This document shows, one piece after another, positions 16,789-30,685 of a stretch of 64,000 nt of DNA. The position numbers were made by a program, and so were the translations under genes. The first letter of the stretch is position 1. Each line of letters begins with the position of its first letter. Below the pieces are notes generated by a model. That model did not search any database. It worked only from the letters and a program-made list of their open reading frames with translations, and had not been told where the DNA came from. Origin of the DNA: Octopus vulgaris (lineage: Eukaryota); the NCBI GenBank assembly GCA_951406725.2, contig OX597833.1, positions 3,410,001 through 3,474,000 of the forward strand. The letters are read 5' to 3'.

Positions 16789-16821
<33 letters not shown>

Positions 16822-17146
16822 TATGCATATATATATATATACATACATATATACATACGTATATATGTATACATATACATATGTACACATATATACATAC
16901 GTAGATACATACATATATATATATATATTATATACATACACTCATGCACACATGCACACATGCATATGTATATATGAATATGGAAGCATGTCTATAGTGC
17001 ATATGTGTGTGTATGCATGTGCACACTTATACATGTAATATATATACAGGAAAATCTTTGTTTATGTTAAATCAAGTATACATATAAGTACATTTGCATA
17101 AGAATTCTCTCTCCCACTCTCTCTCTCTCACTCTCTATCTATCCAT

Positions 17147-17195
<49 letters not shown>

Positions 17196-17220
17196 TATAT
17201 ATATACATATAGATATAGAT

Positions 17221-17251
<31 letters not shown>

Positions 17252-17364
17252 TTAAAGTATGTATATATATATATATGTATTTATGTATATGTATTATATA
17301 TTTATGTATGTATAAATATATGTATATGTATATATATTTATGTATGCATATATATATTTATGTA

Positions 17365-17519
<155 letters not shown>

Positions 17520-19139
17520 TGGACATGTCTGTGTAGCCATGTTCATGAGTGGGTGTATACGTGTGTGTGTGTGTGTGTGTGTGTGTGGCTGTGAGCATGT
17601 ATGTGTGTGTATGCGTGTTTACAGGCCTTTCTCGTGTCTGGTTTTCTTTTATGACTCTGGCAGAGATTATTTTGACTTGGATGTTATTCGAATGTTCTTT
17701 TGAACAACAACAACAACAACAACAACAGCAGCAGCAGCAACAGCAGCAGCAATAACAACAACAACAACAATGACAAAAATAACAAGACTAAGGCTAAGAG
17801 GCGCCAATGCTAGATACAGCAGCCAAAATCTCCCTCGAATCCCACCCTAAAGTGGACCTCAATTAGAATTCTAGATTATGCGAACTAGCAATTTAGTGGC
17901 TGAGTATTCCTCAGAGATGTGTATTCTGATCTTTTATCTTTTTTTTCCTTTATGTCTTCTCTTCTACTTGTCTCAGTTATTAGACTGTGGCCATGCTCCT
18001 AGTCACACACACACACACTTACACATTCACACACACGCAAGCACACATGAACTTCCATTAGGATCACCATTACTTTATTATCTCCCTTTCTTCCAACCTC
18101 TTCTTTCAAACTTTTTTCCTAATCATTTGCCATGTTTGATTTCTAAATCCACAGCTTTTTTTTTTCAAGTAAAAGAGTAAAAGAATATATGGAGAGAGAG
18201 ACAGGTATGGGAGCAAGAGAGAGAAAGGATGTGATGGTCACCGTTGGATTGCCTTTTGTTATTGGTTTACTCGATTGTGTAGGCCAGGAGATAAATAATG
18301 ACATCAATAATTACAACTACTATAACAACAACAACAGTAACAACATCCAGCACTACCCCCACCCCCACTGCCACCTCTACCACCACCATCACCACCACTA
18401 TCATCTCCACAACTATCACTACTACCACGACCACAACAGCATCTTCACCACCACCACCACCATCACTACCACCACCACTACCACCACCACCACCACCACT
18501 ACCACCACCATCACCACCACTACCACCACCACCACTACCACCACCATAAACGTCACCATGGCCATCACCACCTCAATCACCTTTTGTACTGCCACAACCA
18601 CCAACACTACCACCAGCACTCCACCACTACAGCCCTAACCCTCCACCACCACTACCACCATCATAACTGCCACCACCGCCATCACCACCTCAACCACTTT
18701 TAGTACTGCCACAACCACCAACACTACAACCAGCACTCCACCACTACAGCCCTAACATTCCACCACCACCACCATAACCGTCACCACCACCACCACAACC
18801 ACCACCAACCATCCACCACAACAAGTATGTAAATCTAATGCCAAAGTTAGGCTAGAATGAAGCTCACAGAATCCCCCAAGGCATCATACGTCTTCACACT
18901 GGCAGACATCGGTGCTTATGTGTGACCTATTATTAAAAATTTACAAACCTTTCACACCCTCCATCTATCAACTTACAAAATTACTTTGACAGTTCTGTCA
19001 TGCTTCGCTGACCATTAGAACAATGTCCATTGTTAGTTTGCTTGGTGGTGATGGTCGTGGATGGAGATGTGGTGGAAGGGGAATAATTTTGTAACTTTTT
19101 TCACTAAATTTTTTCCAATTTCCGGATTTAAAAAAATTT

Positions 19140-19990
19140 CTTTTTCCTTTTTGTTCTTCATTCCTTTCCTTCACTTTTTTCTTTCTCTCTTTCTTTTTCC
19201 TTTCTTTTCTCTCTATTTCTCTCTTTCTTTCTTTCTTCTCTCTTTCTTTTTTTCTTATCTTTTCATACCCTCACTCCCTGCTCTCTTCTACTAATTCATT
19301 CATTCATTCATTCCTTCATTCTCTCTTATTCCCTTTTTCTTTCCTTCTTTCTTTTTCCTTTCTCTCTCTGTTCATATTCATTCCTTTCTTTCTTTTTTAT
19401 CTCTTTCATTCTTCTCCCTTTCTTTCTTTCTCATCTCTTCATACACTCACTCCCTGCTCTTTCCTATTTCATTCATTCATTCTCTCTTATTCTCCTTCTT
19501 CTTGCTTTCTTTCGCTATCTCTTTCTTTCCTCTTGCCTACATCTCTTTTATTGTCTTTTCTTTCTTACCTTCTGTTTTGTCTTCTTCTTTCTCCTTCTAA
19601 TTCTCTTTCTTTCCATACTTCTTTCTTTCTTTCTTTTTATCTCTTAATCTCTCTGTGTGTCTCTTTCTTTCCCCCTCTCTCTCTCTCCGTCTCCCTCCCC
19701 CTCCCCCTCTTCCTCAACCTTTCCTTCCTTGTTTCCTTAACTCTTTCTCTTTGATTCTCTTTCTTTCCTTCTCCCTTCATTTTTGTCTTTCTTTCATCTT
19801 TTTTCTCTCTGTCTTTCTTTCTTTGACTCTTTCTTTCCGTCATACTTTTTTCTTCTCATTCTCTCTCTCTCTCTCTCCCTCTTTGTCATTCTTTTTTCTC
19901 TTTGCACCTCTCTGTCACTCCTCCCTCTCCCTCTCTCTCTCATGCGTCTTTTCTTCTCTCCTTCATTCCTCTCTGTCTCTCCTTCTACCA
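19140..19990. repeat. Long polypyrimidine (CT/CTT-rich) low-complexity tract
   Basis: Directly visible. Confidence 0.9.
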
Positions 19991-20225
19991 CACCTCCATC
20001 CTGTATATGGGTGCATGGTGGTGGTAGTGGTCGTCGTCGTTGTCATGATGGCAATATTGGTGAACTAGATAATGATGATGATGGTGAGGTGATGGTAATG
20101 ACGATAAGGGGATGATGATGATGATGGTGGTGGTGGTGGTGATGATGATAATGGAGGTGATGACGATGAGGGATGATGATGATGATGATGATGATAATGG
20201 AGGTGATGATGATAATGATGATGAC

Positions 20226-20271
<46 letters not shown>

Positions 20272-20329
20272 TTGATGATGGTGGTGGTGGTGGTGGTGGT
20301 GGTGGTGGTGGTGGTGGTGGTGGTGGTGG

Positions 20330-20373
<44 letters not shown>

Positions 20374-21158
20374 TTGATGATGATGGTGATAATTATGAAG
20401 AACATTTACCTTATATTCACAATCCACATATGTTTATATATATTTCTTATATATATATATATATATATATATACCCTATCATGAATAATCTGAAAAGATT
20501 AGCATCTTAATAGCAATAACACATTTGAAAAATCTTATTCTTCAAGGAAATTTATATATATTTGCACAAAAAGCAAAGATAGCAAGACATCACCCTGCAG
20601 GACTCCTACGTTTTTATTAATTAATTTCTTCCTACCTCTTTCACACAAAAGCTTCAATTTTTGTTTTTCCTATTTGCCAATAGTTTTTCTAATCATCTAT
20701 ATAATATTCCCTACCAATATTTTTCCAGTTCTACCATCCCTCGGCATTCAATTATCCGAGAATGAGAAATGCTAAAGGTCTTTTAATAATGAAATCTTCA
20801 TAGCATTGCGAGATTGAGATGCGTTTGTCACTTCCAGCGATCTTGAGGGGATTAATTTCTCTATCCCTAACTCTTTATTAATATCAATGCAATTGTTTCA
20901 AGGCACACACATATACATACGTATACATCTATATATGTGTGTGTGTGTCTGTGTGTGGTGTGTGAGTGTGTGTGTGTGTATATATGTATGTATATATGTG
21001 TTTATATATGTATATATTTATATATGTATATGTATATATATATAGATATAAAGATAGATATAGATATATGCATATATACATATACATACATATGTATATA
21101 TATATATACTTATGTATATATAAATATATATATATACATACATATATACATACATATG

Positions 21159-21203
<45 letters not shown>

Positions 21204-21242
21204 TTATGTGTATATATATATATATATATATACATACATAAG

Positions 21243-21273
<31 letters not shown>

Positions 21274-21316
21274 GAATGAATGTATTTATATATATATATA
21301 TATGTATGTGTATATA

Positions 21317-21343
<27 letters not shown>

Positions 21344-21354
<11 letters not shown>

Positions 21355-21529
21355 GAAATGAGGTACTCAGAAATTCGGATGGTTTTATATTTACGGATGT
21401 TTATTTGTATATTACATGTTTTTATACATCATATAACTTAGATCATATATAAAAACATGTAATATACAAATAAATATCTGTAAATATAAAACCATCCGAA
21501 TTTCTGAGTACCTCATTTCTTCTAATATA
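21344..21529. repeat. Near-perfect inverted repeat (~82-bp arms, ~20-nt spacer) abutting (TA)n
   Basis: TATTAGAAGAAATGAGGTACTCAGAAATTCGGATGG...TTTTATA vs TATAAAAA...CCATCCGAATTTCTGAGTACCTCATTTCTTCTAATA. Two mismatches, both G.U-compatible on the + strand. Confidence 0.9.
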
Positions 21530-21799
21530 AAATAACTGTACATCATCTCCAAACCTTCCAATATATACATATATATATATATATATATGAGGAGATTTCG
21601 ACCTCTTATAGAGATACTTTTATCCAAGGTACACTGGTTTAATATATTATGCTTTGAAGAGATTTCCTCAATGAATATATTATATAAAATATTACAGAAC
21701 ATCAAATATATATGTATGGAAAGCAGACATTAAACAGCACTGACGATGATGACATATATATCTATGTGTGTGTATATATAAATATATATATATGTGTAT

Positions 21800-21846
<47 letters not shown>

Positions 21847-22259
21847 AGTTCATGCATGAGTATTGATGTATATATATTAATATCTATCTTGCTCATCATC
21901 ACCATCATCATTGTCATCATCATTTAGTGTTCATGTTCCTCAACGTAACCTCTCCTGTTTCCTCACCTTCCCTCTCTCTTATCCCCCCTCCATTCTGTCT
22001 CTACTGTATATTGTCCATTTCCCCCATAAATATATATACATAGCATGGGTGTTGGGTGGGGAAAGGTGTCTGTTTTTGACAATATATTATACTCCAGGAT
22101 AAACCTATAAACCTAGACCTAGAAAGAAGACACGCTCACGCAGGGCTGGCCCTTAAAATTATATATGTTTATCCTTTCATATATATTACAGTATACATTT
22201 ATATACATATGTATATATATATATATATACAGACGTACAATACACTCGCACACATACAT

Positions 22260-22418
22260 GGAGTGGCTGTGTGGTAAGTAGCTTGTCTACCAACCACATG
22301 GTTCCGGGTTCAGTCCCACTGCGTGGCATCTTGGGCAAGTGTCTTCTACTATAGCCTTGGGCCGACCAATGCCTTGTGAGTGGATTTGGTAGACGGAAAC
22401 TGAAAGAAGCCCGTCGTA

Positions 22419-22464
<46 letters not shown>

Positions 22465-22696
22465 CATATGTGTTTGTGTGTCTGTGTTTGTCCCTCCAAC
22501 ATTGCTTGACAACCGATGCTGGTGTGTTTACGTCCCCGTCACTTAGCAGTTCGGCAAAAGAGACCGATAGAATAAGTACTGGGCTTACAAAAAAAAAGAA
22601 TAAGTCCCGGGGTCGAGTTGCTCGATTAAAGGCGGTGCTCCAGCATGGCCGCAGTCAAATAACTGAAACAAATAAAAGAGTAAAAGAGTAAAGAGT
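22260..22696 (+). mobile_element. SINE family A, well-preserved copy
   Basis: GGAGTGGCTGTGTGGTAAGTAGC...GGGTTCAGTCCCACTGCGTGGC...(TA)n(TG)n...GGCGGTGCTCCAGCATGGCCGCAGTC...(TAAAAGAG)n. Confidence 0.9.
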
Positions 22697-22849
22697 ATAG
22701 GCATACAGGAGCTCTTATGAACACAGACACACACATGTACACATGCAGGCATATTCAATCACACACCCAAACACACACACACACACATACCTATCTATCT
22801 GTCTCTCTATCTAGCTATTTGTCTGTCTATCTGTCTATTTATCTGTCTG

Positions 22850-22912
<63 letters not shown>

Positions 22913-23138
22913 GAAATATTAAAATTACTAAGTCTCTCTAAAAGAGAGCAACGGCAGCGTTCCCGGAAAATAATAGTTATCGCCATACTAATATGGCATT
23001 CTTATAAAAATAAGAATAAAGCTGTCCGCTTATTAGCTCCATGAGGCCATCGCCTTAAGTTAGCTATTTGATACACAAACTGTATCAATATAACCTTCGA
23101 ACAAGGGAGGTCAGTCGCTCCACACTACTTGGCCGGCA

Positions 23139-23180
23139 GCTACAGACGCGTTTCGGGGTATTGCCCCTTTTCAATGCAGC
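23139..23180 (-). ncRNA. Minimal hammerhead ribozyme, U3-A8 variant, intact ACGCGU helix III
   Basis: GCUGCA [UUGAAAA] GGGG-CAAUA-CCCC [GAAA] CGCG UC UGUAGC. Confidence 0.7.
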
Positions 23181-23588
23181 GTAGCCAGACCAGTAGGTGT
23201 CGCTTCCGACAATCTCTGTTCGAAGGTTCTATTTACCTAGCTTCAGTGGAATACATCCACTTGTTTTCAATAATAGAAATATTAAAATTACTAAGTCTCT
23301 CTTGTTCGAAGGTTATATGGATACAGTTTGTGTATCAAATAGCTAACTTAAGGCGATGGCCTCATGGAGCTAATAAGCGGACAGCTTTATTCTTATTTTT
23401 ATAAGAATGCCATATTAGTATGGCGATAACTATTATTTTCCGGGAACGCTGCCGTTGCTCTCTTTTAGAGAGACTTAGTAATTTTAATATTTCTATTATT
23501 GAAAACAAGTGGATGTATTCCACCGAAGCTAGGTAAATAGAACCTTCGAACAGAGATTGTCGGAAGCGACACCTACTGGTCTGGCTAC

Positions 23589-23630
23589 GCTGCATTGAAA
23601 AGGGGCAATACCCCGAAACGCATCTGTAGC
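23589..23630 (+). ncRNA. Minimal hammerhead ribozyme, U3-A8 variant (helix III ACGCAU)
   Basis: GCTGCA TTGAAAA GGGG CAATA CCCC GAAA CGCA TC TGTAGC. Confidence 0.65.
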
Positions 23631-23951
23631 TGCCGGTCAAGTAGTGTGGAGCGACTGACCTCCCTTGTTCGAAGGTTATATGGATACAGTTTGTGTATCA
23701 AATAGCTAACTTAAGGCGATGGCCTCATGGAGCTAATAAGCGGACAGCTTTATTCTTATTTTTATAAGAATGCCATATTAGTATGGCGATAACTATTATT
23801 TTCCGGGAACGCTGCCGTTGCTCTCTTTTAGAGAGACTTAGTAATTTTAATATTTCTATTATTGAAAACAAGTGGATGTATTCCACCGAAGCTAGGTAAA
23901 TAGAACCTTCGAACAGAGATTGTCGGAAGCGACACCTACTGGTCTGGCTAC

Positions 23952-23993
23952 GCTGCATTGAAAAGGGGCAATACCCCGAAACGCATCTGTAGC
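23952..23993 (+). ncRNA. Minimal hammerhead ribozyme, second tandem copy
   Basis: Identical to 23589-23630, 363 bp downstream. Confidence 0.65.
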
Positions 23994-24173
23994 TGCCGGT
24001 CAAGTAGTGTGGAGCGACTGACCTCCCTTGTTCAAAGGTTATATGGATACAGTTTGTGTATCAAATAGCTAACTTAAGGCGATGGCCTCATGGAGCTAAT
24101 AAGCGGACAGCTTTATTCTTATTTTTATAAGAATGCCATATTAGTATGGCGATAACTATTATATATATATACA

Positions 24174-24229
<56 letters not shown>

Positions 24230-24319
24230 TATATATATATATACATATTTATATATATATTTATATATACATATTTATATATATATATGTATGTATATGC
24301 ATGTATATATATGTATGTA

Positions 24320-24675
24320 TATCATCATCATCATCATTTTCCATGCTGGCATGGGTTGGACGGTTTGACTGAGAGCCGGCAAACCGGAAGGCTGCACCAT
24401 GCTCCAATCTGATCTGGCAAGGTTTCTACAACTGGATGCCCTTCCTAACGCCAACCACTACAAGAGAGTTTACTGCATCCTTTTTATATGCCACCAGCAC
24501 GAGAGCCAACCAGGTGGTACTGGCATCAACCACACTTGAATGGTACCTTTTATGTGCCACCGGCACGGGTGCCAGTCAGGCAGCACTGGCATCAGCCACA
24601 ACAATGACTTCACTCAACAGGTCTTCTCAAGCACAGTTTATTGCCCAGTGATTGAAGGGTTCTCTTAAGTGGGCC
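24320..24675 (-). mobile_element. RTE 3' UTR (family B)
   Basis: (CAT)n TTTCCATGCTGGCATGGGTTGGACGG...CTGGATGCCCTTCCTAACGCCAACC. Confidence 0.75.
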
Positions 24676-24775
24676 AATATATACATATACATATATATAC
24701 ATATATATATATATGTGTGTGTGTGTGTACATACATATACATACATATACACACATATATATACATATACATATA

Positions 24776-24807
<32 letters not shown>

Positions 24808-24841
24808 CATTTATATATATATATGGATATAGTAGCAAAAA

Positions 24842-24879
24842 CTGTCTGATGAACGGCAACGAGAAACTCAGAGTAACAG
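24842..24879 (+). ncRNA. Minimal hammerhead ribozyme, canonical core, in a short element (~24830-24988) inside (TA)n
   Basis: CTGT [CTGATGA] a CG-GCAA-CG a [GAAA] CTC-A-GAG TA ACAG. GNRA loop II; A.A mismatch at the base of helix II. Confidence 0.7.
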
Positions 24880-24986
24880 ATTTTGTTGAATTTTCTGCTG
24901 CTTAAAATAAAGCATATTACTCTACCACTGGTATTTGAGTACTCTTTTTTCCACCTTGTTTCACATTTATGTGTTTACTCCGGTAT

Positions 24987-25040
<54 letters not shown>

Positions 25041-25051
25041 TTATATATATA

Positions 25052-25095
<44 letters not shown>

Positions 25096-25139
25096 TACTT
25101 CGCAGGACATGTCAGCATGTATGAATATGAACAGGAATA

Positions 25140-25995
<856 letters not shown>

Positions 25996-26208
25996 TGCCA
26001 TCCTTTCTGTAATTAGTTTCCTTATTATTAATATTCTTGTTTGTTTTTTTTTTCTCTCTCTGCTTCCAAGTGTATTTGTTTCATTTCAAAGATTGGTTTC
26101 TTGTATGTCTTAGAAAAACATCTGTTATGTAAATAGAAAATGTCGGAGTCTTTTTGGTTCTTTGGAAAGGAAAATTGCTTAACCTAAGACATATATATAC
26201 ATACATAC

Positions 26209-26291
<83 letters not shown>

Positions 26292-26299
26292 CATATATA

Positions 26300-26370
<71 letters not shown>

Positions 26371-27208
26371 GTGTATGTGTGTGTATATGTATATGCTTAT
26401 ATATGTGTGTGTGTATGTATATATTTATATATGCATGTGTGTGTGTGTGTTTGTGTGCATATATACACTATAGCTGCTTCTCTCTTCTCCACTCACTCTT
26501 GCAACCAACCTTCTCTCGTCTTTCTCCTGTCTACTGTTACATTATTGTTATTCTGCTGTTCTCCACTGCCAGTCATCCCCTACTCACCCCACCATCGCCC
26601 ATTGGCGCCACTCAATCCCTCCCGCTTTCTCTTCTAAAACCTGAATAGACATGCAGCTCTTCTACAGCTCTTCTTCTCTCTCGACCATCCTCTCATACTT
26701 TCTTTTTTCTCCTTTTGCCCTCCACACCTAACAGGAGGTTGACCCGTGGATTTTGCAGTCTTGCAAACAGCGTGACAGTCACATTAGTGCTGGTGGCATG
26801 AAGAGGGAACCCAAAACATGTGATAGAGAGGTGGGCCTTTAGGAAGTGCATCCAGCTGTAGAAACCTTGACAAAACAAACATTGGAGCATGATGCAGTAA
26901 TTTTTGGGCCCATCGTATTCATTCAAATTATCCAAGCCATACCAGCATGGAACATGGACATTAAATTATGACATGCATATATATACATATATATATATGT
27001 ATTCATGTATAGGCGTAGGAGTGGCTGTGTGGTAAGAAGCTTGCTTCCCAACCACGTGGTTTTGGGTGCAGTCCGAATGTGTAGCACCTTGGGCAAGTGT
27101 CTTCTACTATTGCTTTGAACCAACCAAAGCCTTGTGGGTGGATTTGGTTGACAGAAACTGAAAGAAGCCCATTATAAATAAAAACATGCATACATACATA
27201 TATATATT

Positions 27209-27243
<35 letters not shown>

Positions 27244-27346
27244 ATAAATATATATAGAGAGTTCTATATTTGAGAGAAGAGGAATTATGTGCATTATTTA
27301 CATTATTTACATTTGACGGATATTTGTCCTCATCTTGTTTGTTGTT

Positions 27347-27392
27347 AGCACAACATTTCGTCTGATATACCCTCCAGCCTTCATCAGGTGTC
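27347..27392 (-). ncRNA. Hammerhead ribozyme, left-arm copy (slightly decayed)
   Basis: GACAC CUGAUGA a GGCUG-gaggguauau-CAGAC GAAA UG UU GUGCU. Confidence 0.6.
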
Positions 27393-27477
27393 TTGGGAAA
27401 ATTTTGAACCTGGGTTCTCATTCCTAAGGTATTTTTTGATATTACTATTATTACTATCATCATTATTATTATTATTA

Positions 27478-27526
<49 letters not shown>

Positions 27527-27807
27527 TTTTTTTTCTTCTTTCAAATTTGCTTCCATTACTTGCCGAGTGTCTTCCCGACTCCTAGGGCATTATTATTATT
27601 ATTATTCAGGTCACTGCCTGGAATCAAACTTGGAATCTTGGGATTAGTAGCCTGCACTCTTAACCACAGGCATATGACATAGTGATTAAGAGTGTGGGCT
27701 ACTATCCCCAAGATTCCGAGTTCAATTCCAGGCAGTGACCTAAATAATAATAAAAATAATATAAAAAATACCTTAGGAATGAGAACTCAGGTTTGACATT
27801 ACCCCAA

Positions 27808-27853
27808 GACACCTGATGAAGGCTGGAGGGTATATCAGCCGAAACGTTGTGTT
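27808..27853 (+). ncRNA. Minimal hammerhead ribozyme, canonical core
   Basis: GACAC [CTGATGA] a GGCTG-gagggtatat-CAGCC [GAAA] CG TT GTGTT. Palindromic ACGU helix III. Confidence 0.75.
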
Positions 27854-28161
27854 AATAAAGAAGATGAGGACAAATATCCGTCAAATGTAAATAATGTAAA
27901 TAATGTATATGTATATGTTTGTATATTCGTGTGTGTATCTGTGCTTGTCCCCCCACCATCGCTTGACAACCGATGTTGGTGTGTTTACATCTCCGTAACT
28001 TAGCAGTTCAGCAAAAGAGACTGATAGAATATGTACTGTGCTTAAAAAGAATAAGTCCTGGGGTCGATACGTTTGACTAAAAGCAGTGCTCCAGCATGGC
28101 CACAGTCAAATGACTGAAGCAAATAAAAGAATCAAAGAATATATATATTTTTGTATGTATA

Positions 28162-28588
28162 TACTCTTTTACTCTTTTACTTGTTTCAGTCATTTGACTG
28201 TGGCCATGCTGGAACACCACCTTTTAGTTGAGCAAATCGACCCCAGGACTTATTCTTTGTAAGCCTAGTACTTATTCTATCGGTCTTTTTTGCCGAACCG
28301 CTAAGTTACGGGGACGTAAACACACCACCATCGGTTGTCAAGCGATGTTGGGGGGACAAACACAGACACACAAACACGCACACACATATCTCTATATATA
28401 AATATATATATATACATAATATATACGACGGGCTTCTTTCAGTTTCCGTCTACCAAATCCACTCACAAGGCTTTGGTCGGCCCGAGGCTATAGTAGAAGA
28501 CACTTGCCCAAGGTGCCACGCAGTGGGACTGAACCCGGAACCATGTGGTTGGTAAGCAAGCTACTTACCACACAGCCACTCCTACGCC
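28162..28588 (-). mobile_element. SINE family A, well-preserved copy, tail-to-tail with the preceding copy
   Basis: Reverse complement of the family A consensus. Confidence 0.9.
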
Positions 28589-28662
28589 TATATATATATA
28601 TATGTATATAAATCTATATCTATAGTTATCAATATATCTATCTCTCCTTTCTCTCCCTCTCT

Positions 28663-28701
<39 letters not shown>

Positions 28702-28952
28702 TACACACATGCACGCATACATTCTCTCATACACATACATGTAAACGCATACATTCATATGTACACACACACAAGCATACACACGTATGTGCACATGTTC
28801 GTGGGAAAAAAAAGCTTATGTGATCAGTCCCATGCCTCTCTTTATCTCTTGAACTCTCCGTTTCCATATATAAGTACATAGATATATGTAGATATATGTA
28901 TATATCTGTGTGTATGTGTGTGTATCCATACATATATATATTTATATATATG

Positions 28953-29001
<49 letters not shown>

Positions 29002-29008
29002 ATATATA

Positions 29009-29053
<45 letters not shown>

Positions 29054-29120
29054 TCATCATCATTGTTTAACGTCCGTTCTCCATGCTAGCATGATATATA
29101 TATATATGTATGTATATATA

Positions 29121-29164
<44 letters not shown>

Positions 29165-29628
29165 TATGTATATATATATATATATGTATGTATATATATA
29201 TGTATATATTATGTATGCATGTATACATATATATACATACACATATGTATATACATATATATGTATATATATATACATATATATATGTATATGTACATAT
29301 ATATATATACATATATATACATACATATATATGTATGTATATATATGTATATATGTATGCATGTATGTTTATATATATACATATACATATATACATATAT
29401 ATATGTATATATATGTATATATATATATGTATGTATCTATCTGTATATATATATATATATACACACACATGCATACACACATATATCTACATATCTATAT
29501 TACATGTATGGTGGTGGGTGAATGTGTACGTGTGTGTATTTATTTTAAGAAAGCCAGACAAGTACAAAGATTAAGAGAAGCAGAAATGAGAGCGAGGGAG
29601 AAGAAGGAGAGAGGGAGAGAGAGAATGA

Positions 29629-29680
<52 letters not shown>

Positions 29681-29954
29681 GAAGGAAGAAAGGAAGAAAG
29701 GAAGGAAGAGAAGTAGAGGTTGCTATCAGCAAAGCAAATCTGGTGAACAGCTGAGAGAAGACAGCTAAGAGGAACTTGCTGAAGGCCTGAAGATTCTAAG
29801 ATGATTTCAAGTAGAAAGTGCTTGAGATGTCTTCTACGAAAATGGAACGACCATTATTGCTAGAACTGTGGGTCTCTCATATGTGTGTCTCTATGCAGTC
29901 ACACACACACACACACACATAACAAAACAAAAGATTGTTTATAAGATATATATA

Positions 29955-30285
<331 letters not shown>

Positions 30286-30685
30286 TATATATATGTGTGT
30301 GTGTGTGTGTGTATATATATACATGTACACCCATATATGTGTACAGATGTATATACATGTGTGTGTGTGTGTGTGTGTGTCCTGTTATGACTTGATAACA
30401 TATGTTAGTGTGTTTATGTCCTTATAACTTATCTGTTCGGCAAATGAGTCCAGTGAAGTAGGTACCAAGTTTTAGAAAAATCATGTCCAGGCAACAAGTC
30501 ATTCAAGTATGGAGCACCACACAAGATGGTGTCCCAGTATAGTCATCGTCTAAGGACTGAAAGAAGTAAAGAATAAAATTTAAAAGGTGGTACTCCAGCA
30601 TGGCTGCAGTCAAATGACTGAAAGAAATTTTTTAAATAAATATTTATATATAGAGAGAGAGAGGGAAAGAGGGAAAAGAATTTGA

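Larger units (their letters stand above)
22908..24162. repeat. 363-bp unit array: ~1.1 forward units (22908-23302) fused to ~2.4 inverted tandem units (23301-24162); Penelope pLTR/retrozyme-like
   Basis: TAGAAATATT recurs at 22911 and 23274; CTTGTTC.AAGGTTATATGG recurs at 23301, 23664 and 24027 (period 363). Near-identical copies flanked by (TA)n. Confidence 0.95.
27260..27906. mobile_element. Head-to-head palindrome of a tRNA-headed, hammerhead-tailed element
   Basis: Right arm: TGACATAGTGATTAAGAG...GAGTTCAATTCC (B box 27718-27729), (AAT)n, then HHR. Left arm is its reverse complement (27260-27667), interrupted by TTA repeats and a short unrelated insert. Confidence 0.8.
27012..28140 (+). 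mobile_element. SINE family A split at its internal (TA)n by a palindromic HHR element
   Basis: 5' half at 27012-27172, 3' half at ~27935-28140. Confidence 0.85.

Noticed and set aside
23129-24003. 91-92 aa ORFs repeated in the 363-bp array
   Set aside because: Non-ATG (TTG) starts, no recognisable motif, antisense to the ribozyme; recurrence only reflects the repeat.
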